Shown piece by piece: positions 35,921-45,207 of a stretch of DNA of 64,000 bases (the stretch's first letter is position 1; every line of letters begins with the position of its first letter). Both the position numbers and the translations under genes were made by a program. Source of the DNA: Terriglobales bacterium (GTDB lineage Bacteria; Acidobacteriota; Terriglobia; Terriglobales; Acidobacteriaceae); contig JAICXB010000018.1 in assembly GCA_025980765.1 (NCBI GenBank), forward strand, positions 1,155 through 65,154, read 5' to 3'. The notes under the pieces were generated by a model that saw only the letters and a program-made list of their open reading frames with translations, did not search any database and was not told the origin of the DNA.

Positions 35921-36763
35921 GTGACGCCTAGCGTTCGTCTCATAGCGGTGGACATCGATGGCACCCTCATCGACTCCACGCTGGACATCCCTCAACCCAA
36001 TCTCAAAGCTCTTCGCCGCGCACACGAGGCGGGAATCCATGTGGTCCTGGTCACCGGACGTCGTCACCGATTCGCGATGCCGGTAGCCGAGCAACTCGGC
36101 TTCGAGTTCTGCCTGATCAGTTCGAATGGCGCCATTACCCGCTCTACCAACGGGACCTTGCATCACGCCGACATGCTGCCCAAATTCGTCGCGCACAAGC
36201 TCTGCCGGCATATGTCCGAGTTTAGCGGTTGCACCGTGCTGACCTTCGACAAGGAGGAGCGCGGAGCCATCGTGGTGGAGCGGGCCGACGAACTTGGCAG
36301 CAATATCCAGCGCTGGATTGACAAGAACCGGACGTACATCGAGGAAATTGCGCCGATCACGACAGCACTGGTGTGCGATCCCGTGCAAGCGATGTTCTGC
36401 GGCACCATCGAGCGCATGCAGCCTGCCGAACTCCGTTTGCGCGACGGCGCCCTCGCGAACGAAATCAGCGTGCTCAAGACGCAATACGATCATCGCGATC
36501 TCTGCATCCTTGATGTGCTCAAGCATGGCTGCTCGAAGGGTTCCGCAGTGGCGCGCTGGGCCGAGCATCTGGGCATCGCGCGATCAGAGGTGATGGCGAT
36601 CGGCGACAATTACAATGACGTGGAAATGCTGGAGTTCGCCGGCTATCCGGTGCTCATGGCGAATGCCAGCGACGATCTCAAGGAACGTGGGTGGCGGGTC
36701 ACCCTACACAATGAAGACTGTGGGGTTGCCGCCGCTGTGGAAGAGGTACTTGCGGGAGTTTAG
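35921..36763 (+). CDS. Cof-type HAD-IIB family hydrolase
   Basis: IAVDIDGTL motif I, VTGR, and GDNYNDVEMLEFAG motif IV. GTG start. Confidence 0.85.
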   Translation: MTPSVRLIAVDIDGTLIDSTLDIPQPNLKALRRAHEAGIHVVLVTGRRHRFAMPVAEQLGFEFCLISSNGAITRSTNGTLHHADMLPKFVAHKLCRHMSEFSGCTVLTFDKEERGAIVVERADELGSNIQRWIDKNRTYIEEIAPITTALVCDPVQAMFCGTIERMQPAELRLRDGALANEISVLKTQYDHRDLCILDVLKHGCSKGSAVARWAEHLGIARSEVMAIGDNYNDVEMLEFAGYPVLMANASDDLKERGWRVTLHNEDCGVAAAVEEVLAGV

Positions 36764-36880
36764 GATAAACCTGCTTTACAATCGCTGGCACAAATGCAAT
36801 GAGCCGAGCGATATGGCCCAGCACACCGTTCGACCGGACACATCAGCACAGAATCCATCCAACGGCGGCAACTAAAACGA

Positions 36881-37921
36881 GTGGACCGCAAGCGCCTCAT
36901 CGTTACTTCGGCTGTAGTTGTCGTCCTGGTGGTACTGGTCTATCTGCAGGCTCACGCATTCCGCAAGTTCGCCTGGTCCGCCTTCGGCCAGGAACTCGCG
37001 CAGGTGAACTGGTGGATGGTGTTAGCGGCAATCGTAGTGGTTCACCTGGCCGACGGACTGCGCGCATTGCGCTGGTCGATTTTCCTGAAACCGGTGCGAG
37101 CGATCAGTCCCTTTAAGCTACTGGCAGCGCAATACATTGGATTTGCAGGACTCGCTCTACTGGGCCGTCCCGGCGAGTTCATCCGGCCTTACATCATCTC
37201 TAAACGCGCGCGTTTGCCATTTGCATCGCAGGTTGCCGTGTGGACGGTGGAGCGCATCTTTGACACTTCCTCGGTTGCCATTATTCTTGCCGCCGATCTT
37301 CTTTTTGCGCAAACCTTGCGCACCTTCCCCCAGTTTGGAAGCATTCGCACCGGGGGCATCCTGCTGATCTGTCTTGTCAGCTTCGGCGGGCTGGTGATCT
37401 TCCTGATCTGGAAATACGGGGCACAGATGGCGACGCGGTTGGAGGCGGGTCATCATCCCTCGCACATTCGCCACCGCATTGCTTTTCGCATTCGCTCCTT
37501 CGGTGAAGGACTTCACACAGTTCATAGCCCGCTCGCGTTTCTCGGGTTGGCCGCGCTCTCCCTCGTCATATGGGGATTGATCGCCTGTGCGTACTGGTTG
37601 GTACTGCACGCCTACAGCGATCCGGAATTGACGACTCTGACGTTCGTGCATGCCGTGCTGCTCATGGCCGGAAGCGTCGCCGGAGGCATCCTGCAATTGC
37701 CACTCGTCGGCGGCGGATCGCAACTGGCCACCATCAACCTTCTGCTTTACCTCTTCAACGTGAACCCCGATCAGCCGGAATTGGCTACCAGCTGCGGCAT
37801 CTTGCTGTGGCTGGTCACCTTCATGTCGGTCACGCCGCTGGGAGTTGCGCTGGCGCGTCTCGAACATCTGTCCCTGCGCAAGATCACTGCCGAGAGCCAC
37901 CACGAAGAGGAAGAGATGTAG
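36881..37921 (+). CDS. UPF0104 / lysylphosphatidylglycerol-synthase TM-region (flippase-like) family membrane protein
   Basis: 346 aa with about 8 TM helices and the RALRWSIFLKP motif region. GTG start. Confidence 0.65.
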   Translation: MDRKRLIVTSAVVVVLVVLVYLQAHAFRKFAWSAFGQELAQVNWWMVLAAIVVVHLADGLRALRWSIFLKPVRAISPFKLLAAQYIGFAGLALLGRPGEFIRPYIISKRARLPFASQVAVWTVERIFDTSSVAIILAADLLFAQTLRTFPQFGSIRTGGILLICLVSFGGLVIFLIWKYGAQMATRLEAGHHPSHIRHRIAFRIRSFGEGLHTVHSPLAFLGLAALSLVIWGLIACAYWLVLHAYSDPELTTLTFVHAVLLMAGSVAGGILQLPLVGGGSQLATINLLLYLFNVNPDQPELATSCGILLWLVTFMSVTPLGVALARLEHLSLRKITAESHHEEEEM

Positions 37922-38071
37922 GCTGGCTCTGTTCCTATGACCATCGTCGCTTGAGGCGACTACCCTCAAGCTCCCGAATCCTGAGAACAGGGGAAAAATA
38001 CAGGGATTTTTCCTCTTGTTGCCTCAGAAACTCTGAAATAGCCCAAAATTCCCAAATTTTGCCTTCCCCCT

Positions 38072-38210
38072 GAGGAAAGGAACAGGAAAGAAACAGGAAA
38101 GCTGCTGAAACAGCCGTAAGTTGCTGCTGAAAATAGGCTTAGTCGCTAGAATTCCAAACCATTCAAGAAATTCTCAGGAAAGGAACAGGAAACGAACAGG
38201 AAAGGAAAGC
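38072..38210 (+). repeat. two copies of a ~31-nt purine-rich direct repeat (AGGAAAGGAACAGGAAAGAAACAGGAAAG)
   Basis: Copy 1 is 38072-38102 and copy 2 is 38175-38205, with about 28/31 identity. They are separated by about 70 nt. Confidence 0.8.
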
Positions 38211-38287
38211 AGGGCAAGTGTTTTTCCACAGCCCTGGCCGTGGATCTTCTACAGCGGTTTAAGAGTTGGTGTACACCGCGCTCGTTT

Positions 38288-38442
38288 CAGGGAAGGGCAC
38301 GGATTTATCCGTGCCGACGAGAGGCGATGGGGCACCCCTGTTTATCTTCAGCGGCTTCAGCCGCGGCTGAAGCCGCTGAAAACCGGAAGCTAAAATTGGA
38401 CTGACGGCTTTCCGGCAGGCATTGAATGCGTGCCCTTCCCTG
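38288..38442. repeat. nested palindrome cluster, including a perfect 34-bp palindrome
   Basis: Outer 14-bp inverted repeat: 38288-38301 with 38429-38442. Inside it: hairpin 38296-38315, a perfect palindrome at 38347-38380 (ttcagcggcttcagccg|cggctgaagccgctgaa), and hairpin 38383-38390 with 38407-38415. Confidence 0.85.
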
Positions 38443-38583
38443 GAAAGTGGTTTACAGCAACGATGAAAATGCCCTAGCCCTAATTCATGATTTGACCAGG
38501 AAAATAATCCCATCCAGCTCGGGGCAAGTTCAACACCTTGCTCCAAGAAACATGCCAGAGCATCTCATGATTACAATTGCATT

Positions 38584-39267
38584 GTGAGATCCCGAACAAA
38601 GAAAGCCGACAGCCAGTTTGGCTGTCGTGGCGATTTGCCAAAACCGGCCTTCGCCGACGGCTCAGGTGAAGCCGCGCTCGCGCATTTGCGCGCGGCTGAT
38701 CCCGTGCTTGCTGCTGTCATCGATCGTGTCGGCGCCTACGCCATGCAATATCACGAACCCACCTTCCGCGCGCTGGTGCGCTCAATCGTCTTTCAGCAAC
38801 TCCATGGTTCGGCCGCGCGCGCGATCTTCGACCGCCTGCTGAAGAAAGCCGGAGGAGAGATTACTCCAGATTCGATTCTGAAGCTGCGCCCTGCGCAAAT
38901 GCGCTCTCTCGGACTCTCCAAGCAAAAGCTCACTTACATCCGCGATCTTGCCCGCAAGACCCGCGACGGAGTCGTCGAATTCGGACGATTTCCGCGGATG
39001 TCGGATGAAGAAGTCATCGCCGAACTGACGCAGGTGAAAGGTATCGGCGAGTGGACCGCGCACATGTTTCTGATGTTTGCCTTGCGCCGCCCGAACATCC
39101 TGCCCACCGGCGACTTTGGGGTGCGCAACGCGATGCGAAAAGCGTATGGAATGAAGGTCATGCCGAAACCGGTCACCATGAAGCGTATGGCGAAGAACTG
39201 GCATCCCTACTGCTCGGTTGCAAGCTGGTATATGTGGCGTTCACTAGACGTGCCGGTGGAGCTGTGA
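38584..39267 (+). CDS. HhH-GPD family DNA-3-methyladenine glycosylase II
   Basis: 227 aa. HhH-GPD core (QQLHGSAARAIFDRL, LTQVKGIGEWTAHMFLMFAL, PTGDFGV). GTG start. Confidence 0.8.
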   Translation: MRSRTKKADSQFGCRGDLPKPAFADGSGEAALAHLRAADPVLAAVIDRVGAYAMQYHEPTFRALVRSIVFQQLHGSAARAIFDRLLKKAGGEITPDSILKLRPAQMRSLGLSKQKLTYIRDLARKTRDGVVEFGRFPRMSDEEVIAELTQVKGIGEWTAHMFLMFALRRPNILPTGDFGVRNAMRKAYGMKVMPKPVTMKRMAKNWHPYCSVASWYMWRSLDVPVEL

Positions 39268-39270
39268 GTG

Positions 39271-39408
39271 GTCAGTTGTCAGTAACCAGTTGTCAGTATT
39301 CAGTTATCAGTATTCAGTTTCTTGCGGTCCTGAATCCTTCTCGGCCGTGATGACGACTAACAACTGATTACTGAAAACTGTTCACTAAAACTGATTACTG
39401 ACAACTGC
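39271..39408. repeat. long imperfect hairpin with arms built from tandem CAGTTGTCAGTA-type units
   Basis: The left arm 39271-39317 has (cagttgtcagta)-like units. The right arm 39357-39408 has reverse-complement units (tactgacaactg). Confidence 0.75.
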
Positions 39409-39429
39409 ATTTATAATCACCAGTTCTCT

Positions 39430-39852
<423 letters not shown>

Positions 39853-39896
39853 AATAAAATCCCGGCCGGCGGTCAGGAGGGGATTGGCTTCTCAGT

Positions 39897-40310
39897 TCAT
39901 TCCCATGGATTGAGGACTGCAATTCCGCAGCCTTCAAAATCATTAATGTTCCGCGTGGCGAGGGTGGCTCCGTTGGCACGGACGATTGCCGCTATTTGCG
40001 CATCGAAGGGTGAAGTTGGACGTGCTGCGATGCGCCGCGCCAAAGCGATCTCCGGAAAGGCCATGGCTGCCACTGTGTCGAATGGCAGGATGCGCGGCTC
40101 AAGCTCTTCCTGCAGAGATTGCCATGCGCCGAGTAGAGCCGTCCTCCGCTTCCCGCGCGGAAGAAGCTGAATTCCATAGAGAATTTCGGCCTGTGTGATA
40201 GTTGTCGTGAATAGGGTACTTACCGGATTCCGTCGCATCCACTCTGCAACCGTTTTTGCCGGATCCGGTCGCATGGCTTCCGACAAGACGTTTGTATCGA
40301 GAACGATCAT
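39897..40310 (-). CDS. vapC: type II toxin, PIN domain (VapC/FitB-like)
   Basis: MIVLDTNVLSE N-terminus with the conserved acidic residues of PIN. ATGA overlap with the antitoxin gene. Confidence 0.85.
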   Translation of the reverse strand: MIVLDTNVLSEAMRPDPAKTVAEWMRRNPVSTLFTTTITQAEILYGIQLLPRGKRRTALLGAWQSLQEELEPRILPFDTVAAMAFPEIALARRIAARPTSPFDAQIAAIVRANGATLATRNINDFEGCGIAVLNPWE

Positions 40311-40555
40311 TTCGAAAAGTTTGGCGGTTCGCGCATCGGCTCTCGCGGAAGTTTCGGAAGCTCTACTCCGCCCAGCGGCTCAAAATATTTTCGAATGGAA
40401 TCATAGAGGTTTGTTTTGGCAGGATTGGTTTCGCTCAGCGCCTGCTTGAGAATTGCGCGCGCTTCCTCTTCCATGGAACGCCCATTTGTAGCGGCGCGCA
40501 AGCGCAGGCGCCGCTTTGTGGAGTCCTCCATCTTTCTGATCAAGATGCTCGCCAT
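40307..40555 (-). CDS. type II antitoxin (FitA/VapB, ribbon-helix-helix type)
   Basis: 82 aa. MASILIRKMEDSTKRRLRLRAATNGRSMEEEARAIL is the typical Arc/RHH antitoxin N-terminus. Confidence 0.8.
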   Translation of the reverse strand: MASILIRKMEDSTKRRLRLRAATNGRSMEEEARAILKQALSETNPAKTNLYDSIRKYFEPLGGVELPKLPREPMREPPNFSK

Positions 40556-40730
40556 ATAGCAATGATATCACATGCAGGCTACAGTTGCCCAAAGGCTGCC
40601 ATTAAGACTGCCACAACGAATTGTGGCAGCGCATGGCAGTCGTTACGCGAGGTTGCAGCGCGTAAATATTTGGCAGTTTAACCGCAAGCTTCATCGAGAG
40701 AAGTTAGGCCCCTCAGGTGGAACTGGCGTA

Positions 40731-41399
40731 TCAGGCGATAGCCAGTTCAAGCCCGTCTCCCACGACGGTCGATGTCGCATACTCAATATGAAGCCTCTCG
40801 CTCTGCGATTTTGAAGATGAGTGAATCAGCAGAGGCCGCATCGCCAGCACGGCCCCTCGCGCTGCGAGGCAATCGACGGATATTTTCTCAGTGCTCAACT
40901 TGGACACTTCATCATCGGTGAGTACGCCGAGCTTGTGCGTCCCCGGAATCACTCGTAAAGGGCCATTTTCTACTGTCGAATCGTCCAGATGAACTCGCAG
41001 CGCCACCACCTGATCTAAGGCATAAGTAGGAGCGTGGGCGTAGTTAATGCCTTCCTTCACCGACCACGGCCCCCAGCCTGTACTGTCTTTCTTAGAGCGT
41101 AATGGCAACGCCGTATCCTGGTGCCAGACCACAAGCCAGTTTGCATCCTGGGATTTGTCAAACAGTGTGGCGCGAAATGGGACTGGTTCGCTGCCGAAAA
41201 CCTCCCTGGCAATTGTCATCAATCGAGCATCGTGAGCCAGGGAGGCTACATGGGAATTGGACATCACGTGTCGAATACCGGCGCGACTGCGATGAAATGT
41301 GGGGAGTTGCACACGGTCGAGAAGGCTGGAGATTTCCTCCGGCTCCAGCACGTTAGGAACGACTGTAAATCCGTCCTCTGTGATCTCTGTCGCAATCAT
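40731..41399 (-). CDS. phytanoyl-CoA dioxygenase (PhyH) family Fe(II)/2OG oxygenase
   Basis: 222 aa with VVWHQDTA (HxD) and a distal His in IPGTHK. Confidence 0.75.
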   Translation of the reverse strand: MIATEITEDGFTVVPNVLEPEEISSLLDRVQLPTFHRSRAGIRHVMSNSHVASLAHDARLMTIAREVFGSEPVPFRATLFDKSQDANWLVVWHQDTALPLRSKKDSTGWGPWSVKEGINYAHAPTYALDQVVALRVHLDDSTVENGPLRVIPGTHKLGVLTDDEVSKLSTEKISVDCLAARGAVLAMRPLLIHSSSKSQSERLHIEYATSTVVGDGLELAIA

Positions 41400-41446
41400 A
41401 ACGCTTCATTACATCACATCCTGCACCATCGCCTGAGTCAGGGAAT

Positions 41447-41956
41447 TCAGTATCGTCGGCCGTTAATGATAGGTACGCGGCGATACACTCGCTTGGACTT
41501 ATTTTCCCTGCCATCACTGGATTTCTGAGTGATTTCGTCGGTTATCGTATTGCCGTCTTCCGACACCGTGGAACGTGCGTCGAATGAAGCATCTTTGATG
41601 TCGCCGTGCCGAGAGAGCGAACCATCAGCGTTTCGCTTGACGCTCTCCGTCCCAATCGGGGTGGAATCCTGCGTCTCAATCGGATGCGTGGTGCCATCGG
41701 TTGGACCACTCCAGGAGTACGTAAAGACGTTACCGTTTTGATCCACGCTCTGAGTACGCCAGGACAGCGTTTCTGAGTTGTCCTTTAAGATGGTGAGCAC
41801 CACTTGTTTCGGCGCAGCTTCAGCGCCTAAGTCGCTGTGCGTCAAATCCAGCTGCCAAGTGCCGACAGCAGACTTGTTGTTCTTTGTCTGCGCCGTTCCG
41901 TACACGGAAAAAACCAATACGGTTGCAAACACAACTAGCTTTTTCATCTGATTCAT
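41447..41956 (-). CDS. secreted hypothetical protein
   Basis: Internal ATG chosen. The signal peptide MNQMKKLVVFATVLVFSVYGTAQ is followed by a beta-rich sequence. Confidence 0.55.
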   Translation of the reverse strand: MNQMKKLVVFATVLVFSVYGTAQTKNNKSAVGTWQLDLTHSDLGAEAAPKQVVLTILKDNSETLSWRTQSVDQNGNVFTYSWSGPTDGTTHPIETQDSTPIGTESVKRNADGSLSRHGDIKDASFDARSTVSEDGNTITDEITQKSSDGRENKSKRVYRRVPIINGRRY

Positions 41957-42332
41957 GTAGATCATCCAGAAATGGAGTTTACAGCGGCCACAATCCCAAA
42001 CGGCAGTTGGAAAATATGTAAGCACACTCGGGGATTTTACGCCTTCAGTGTTGAGAAACATTGTTCGGCGATCCTGATAAAGAAAGCACAGTCCGAATAC
42101 TTTCAACTACCAGATTCGGCTGGAGCTTCTGGATGTAGTGGCTGCTCTTTGTCGCGCTGATCAATCTTCCTTCAAGAGAACGAGCTGACCCGATCAACGG
42201 CGCGCAGACTGCGAACAAATCCTCCGCGCGGCTACTTTTCATGAGCCAGTTTCTCCGGATCTTCCGCTTATGTGAATAGCGGCTCAATTAGGCGCGGACA
42301 AAGCAGGCAGCCAGTTGGCTCTGGAGGAGATT

Positions 42333-43403
42333 ATGAATCGCTTGAAGCGCAAGATTTTGGGAAGCGTTGCAGCTGGTTTCACTACGCTGCTCGACTCCAC
42401 TGTAATGGTAGGGCTGATGTTAGCTGTCTTCACTCTAGGCAGCGCTCTTGGTCATGCCCAAGTTAATATCGTCGCTGCGCAACACGTGTTCAAGAACGTA
42501 ACCGCCATCCCAGTCGCGTGCGATCCGTCGGACCCGGGGACGCACTGCTGGACCGTCGAAGGTATAGTCGCACAGCCTCAGCTATGTGTTGAGCCCGACG
42601 GTGCTGAGGGCGGCGCGAATGTGTTCATAATGGTTACGCGTCTCGAAGAGACAGGACTTGTCGTCGAAAGAGTCGGGCAAGGCGTCATTTCTCCCGCTGA
42701 TTGCTCATTCTCGTTTGGGCCAGTTCCAACTTTTGTGGCCCGCTTTGATGGTTTCGAGACCGGTGACGTCCCTGTCCCCGTGACGCAGGATGGCAACAAT
42801 TGGGGTCTCATTGTTGTGCAGAACTTATTCACAGGCACAGCATGGGAAAGCTGCACGGGGGGCCCCTGTGCAACTGCTTCATTTCCGAACGAGCCATCGC
42901 CGATCGCGAATGCCTACATCACTAATGCTGGTTCCAATACAGTTTCAGTCCTCGACACCAGCAGCAATTCCGTTACGGCAACTATCGCCGTGGGACCGAA
43001 CCCAGTCAGCGTCGCCGTTTCCCCGAGCAGGTCCATGGCTTACGTGACGAACGCAGGGTCGAACACCGTATCAGTGATTGACACCGGCTCTCTGACCGTC
43101 GTCAAGAATGTCACCGTGGGTGGTAATCCCGTGAGCCTCGCCATCACTCCAGACGGATCGCAAATCTACGTGGCCAATGCCAGGTCCAATTCCGTTTCCG
43201 TAATCAATACGGCCACGAACACAGTGACTGCAACGATTCCGGTCGGATTCGTCCCCCTGAAGGTTGCTGTCACACCGGACGGGGCCAGCGTCTATGTTGC
43301 GAACAGTGGCGCTAAGTCACTGTCCGTGATCGGTACGGCGAGCAATACTGTGGTCGCGACCGTGCCGGTCGGGTTACTACCCGAGAATATGGCGATCCAA
43401 TAA
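42333..43403 (+). CDS. YVTN-family beta-propeller repeat protein with a unique N-terminal domain
   Basis: ATG at 42333 follows GGAGGA. There are six or more repeats of the type (A)Y(I/V)(T/A)N.GSN(T/S)VSVI(D/N)T..N.V.ATI.VG..P..VA(V/I)(S/T)PDG. Confidence 0.8.
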   Translation: MNRLKRKILGSVAAGFTTLLDSTVMVGLMLAVFTLGSALGHAQVNIVAAQHVFKNVTAIPVACDPSDPGTHCWTVEGIVAQPQLCVEPDGAEGGANVFIMVTRLEETGLVVERVGQGVISPADCSFSFGPVPTFVARFDGFETGDVPVPVTQDGNNWGLIVVQNLFTGTAWESCTGGPCATASFPNEPSPIANAYITNAGSNTVSVLDTSSNSVTATIAVGPNPVSVAVSPSRSMAYVTNAGSNTVSVIDTGSLTVVKNVTVGGNPVSLAITPDGSQIYVANARSNSVSVINTATNTVTATIPVGFVPLKVAVTPDGASVYVANSGAKSLSVIGTASNTVVATVPVGLLPENMAIQ

Positions 43404-43577
43404 GCCCAGTCAGGCCTTTCGGAAATGGACAGGCAATTCGCCGGGTAACCATCTTCAGAACTTGATGAAGGGGTGCTCGGCGGTCTCCTGGCTGGTTTTG
43501 GCTCTGCTCAGGAGCTGGCCACGCACGGAACTTCTTGATGTTTGCGCTGTCGTTGACCTTTCGCCATTCCTTCCCCT

Positions 43578-43754
43578 ATGCTCTTCGTTGTGCCGGACGG
43601 GAAGGAAAAGACCGCAATCCTGGTTGCCGCCGCGATCATCTGCGCAGTCCGCACGGCACATGAAGAAGTGAGACCCTCGCCAAAGATTATGTCTGCGGTT
43701 TCCGATTCAATCCGGCTGGCGCGAATGCTGTGGGAGCGAATCAGTCGCGAGTGA
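43578..43754 (+). CDS. possible small protein (58 aa), not in the ORF track
   Basis: ATG at 43578 to TGA at 43752-43754. Translation is MLFVVPDGKEKTAILVAAAIICAVRTAHEEVRPSPKIMSAVSDSIRLARMLWERISRE. No clear RBS. Confidence 0.3.
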   Translation: MLFVVPDGKEKTAILVAAAIICAVRTAHEEVRPSPKIMSAVSDSIRLARMLWERISRE

Positions 43755-43922
43755 GAAATCTGGCACTTAAAAAAGGCCGCCTGGAGCGAACCTCAAAACA
43801 GCCACGTGTTAACCTATTGATGACAAAGGATAATCACAGTTCGGCGAAATGAAGTAATCTTGACGCCGGCTGAAACCAGCATGTAGTCTCAAGCGTCTAA
43901 CATTGTAACCAGGTAAAGCAAT

Positions 43923-44138
43923 ATGTCGCCCCAGGCTGAAGCCCGTTTGAACGCTCTCCGAAAAGCTCCACTCGATAGCTGGGTTGCACTGTCAGAAGAT
44001 GAGACCGCAATCGTCGCTACCGGAGAATCTTACGCGGAGGCAGCAGAGAAGAGCGATGCTGCCGGTTGTTCCGATCCCATCATTCTTAAGACGCCCAAAC
44101 AATGGGCACCGCTATCCGTCTTAAGCGCCGAACGTTGA
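43923..44138 (+). CDS. small protein resembling DUF5678 (antitoxin-like partner of retropepsin-like proteases)
   Basis: 71 aa. The WVALSEDETAIVATGESYAEAAEKS...PIILKTP pattern matches the family as I recall it. Confidence 0.55.
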   Translation: MSPQAEARLNALRKAPLDSWVALSEDETAIVATGESYAEAAEKSDAAGCSDPIILKTPKQWAPLSVLSAER

Positions 44139-44560
44139 AGCCGATCAAAGTCCCATATTCGGTGTATCCAGATCAATTCGGCGCATACGCATATTCGGTA
44201 AAACTCAACGTGCAACTGGCGCTTACGAGTCCGAATTCACCGCGCACGAAACGGTTCGAGGGGATCATCGACTCGGGAGCAATGCGGTGTCTCTTCGATT
44301 GGTCAATTGCTGAGTTTTTGGGAATCCAGAGAGATGCATGCAAAGTCGAAGTCACTACAGGTATCGGAGGGAGCGAAGACTCTTACCTGCATGACGTGAT
44401 GCTGTACATTCCAGGCGGTCCCGTCACAATTACGGCGGGCTTCAAGGAAAAGCTTCCGGTCGCCGGACTGCTCGGAATAAATGGTTTTTTTGAGCATTTC
44501 CAGATTCTGTTCGATGCCCCCGCCAAAGTTTGCGAACTGACTCGCATCTATCAGGCCTAA
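44102..44560 (+). CDS. retropepsin-like (clan AA) aspartic protease
   Basis: 152 aa with the IDSGA (D-S-G-A) active-site motif and GLLGINGF flap/dimer-like motifs. Overlaps the upstream gene. An alternative TTG at 44135 gives a TTGA overlap. Confidence 0.6.
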   Translation: MGTAIRLKRRTLKPIKVPYSVYPDQFGAYAYSVKLNVQLALTSPNSPRTKRFEGIIDSGAMRCLFDWSIAEFLGIQRDACKVEVTTGIGGSEDSYLHDVMLYIPGGPVTITAGFKEKLPVAGLLGINGFFEHFQILFDAPAKVCELTRIYQA

Positions 44561-44834
44561 GAATTGCGTAGCGTATAACAAACGTTCCAACCTGGCCTTG
44601 TGTGCTGGGTTCACAGACAAAAAGACGGACACTACTGCTTCGCATTTACACGAGGACCGCCCCATTGAAATCTGTTTTCTTTACTCGTGTACTGTCTCCC
44701 GGAGGATCAACAAACACAATCTTTCCGCTCCAGTCGCTGCCTTTTTCGCCTACGATGGGATGGGACAAAATAATGATGCGTTCCTCGATAAGCTCACCTT
44801 TTCGGACGGTGAATCTCTCGAACGGATACCGTAA

Positions 44835-45011
44835 TTCGCTGCTCCCTTTTGGATGTGCGCTAGAGTTACGGCGATAACTCAGACGCTCAGCACCGGACAA
44901 GTATCAATCCACTCCGCGAAAATGCTCTTTGGTCATGTCTCAGAGGTGCAGCGTCGCTATTACAAACCTGATCTTGAAACCCTGCACGCAGCGGTCAAAC
45001 TGCCCGATTAA
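44835..45011 (+). pseudogene. 3'-terminal remnant of a tyrosine recombinase (phage-type integrase) gene
   Basis: Open frame with no start codon. ...TGQVSIHSAKMLFGHVSEVQRRYYKPDLETLHAAVKLPD* matches the integrase C-terminal LGH..(x)..RY catalytic-Tyr box. Lies next to a tRNA gene. Confidence 0.55.
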
Positions 45012-45021
45012 ATTGGAACAC

Positions 45022-45058
45022 GCACAAAATGAAACGGCCACTGATCGCGAGTGGCCGT
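45022..45058 (-). terminator. rho-independent-type terminator downstream of tRNA-fMet
   Basis: 9-bp stem: acggccact 45034-45042 with agtggccgt 45050-45058. On the minus strand it is followed by TTTCATTTTGTG. Confidence 0.55.
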
Positions 45059-45074
45059 ATCTTTATGATTCCCT

Positions 45075-45151
<77 letters not shown>

Positions 45152-45207
45152 GATTTATCTTATCAGCCTGATAGGATTTCGCCAAAGTCCCGAGGTCGAT
45201 TAATCGC

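Noticed and set aside
38121-38546. ORFs 38121..38393 (+) and 38259..38546 (-)
   Set aside because: The two ORFs overlap on opposite strands. Both translate the perfect palindrome into the same peptide (LQPRLKPLK), which makes them mirror artefacts of inverted repeats. Neither has an RBS or a recognisable domain.
39268-39429. Cobalamin riboswitch upstream of the B12-binding-domain gene
   Set aside because: No B12-box-like core is visible. The spacer is fully accounted for by the CAGTTGTCAGTA tandem-unit hairpin.
44646-44900. 84-aa minus-strand ORF as a gene
   Set aside because: It has no RBS or motif. Its 5' part overlaps the integrase-remnant frame on the other strand. Its status is undecidable from sequence alone, so it is not listed as a feature.
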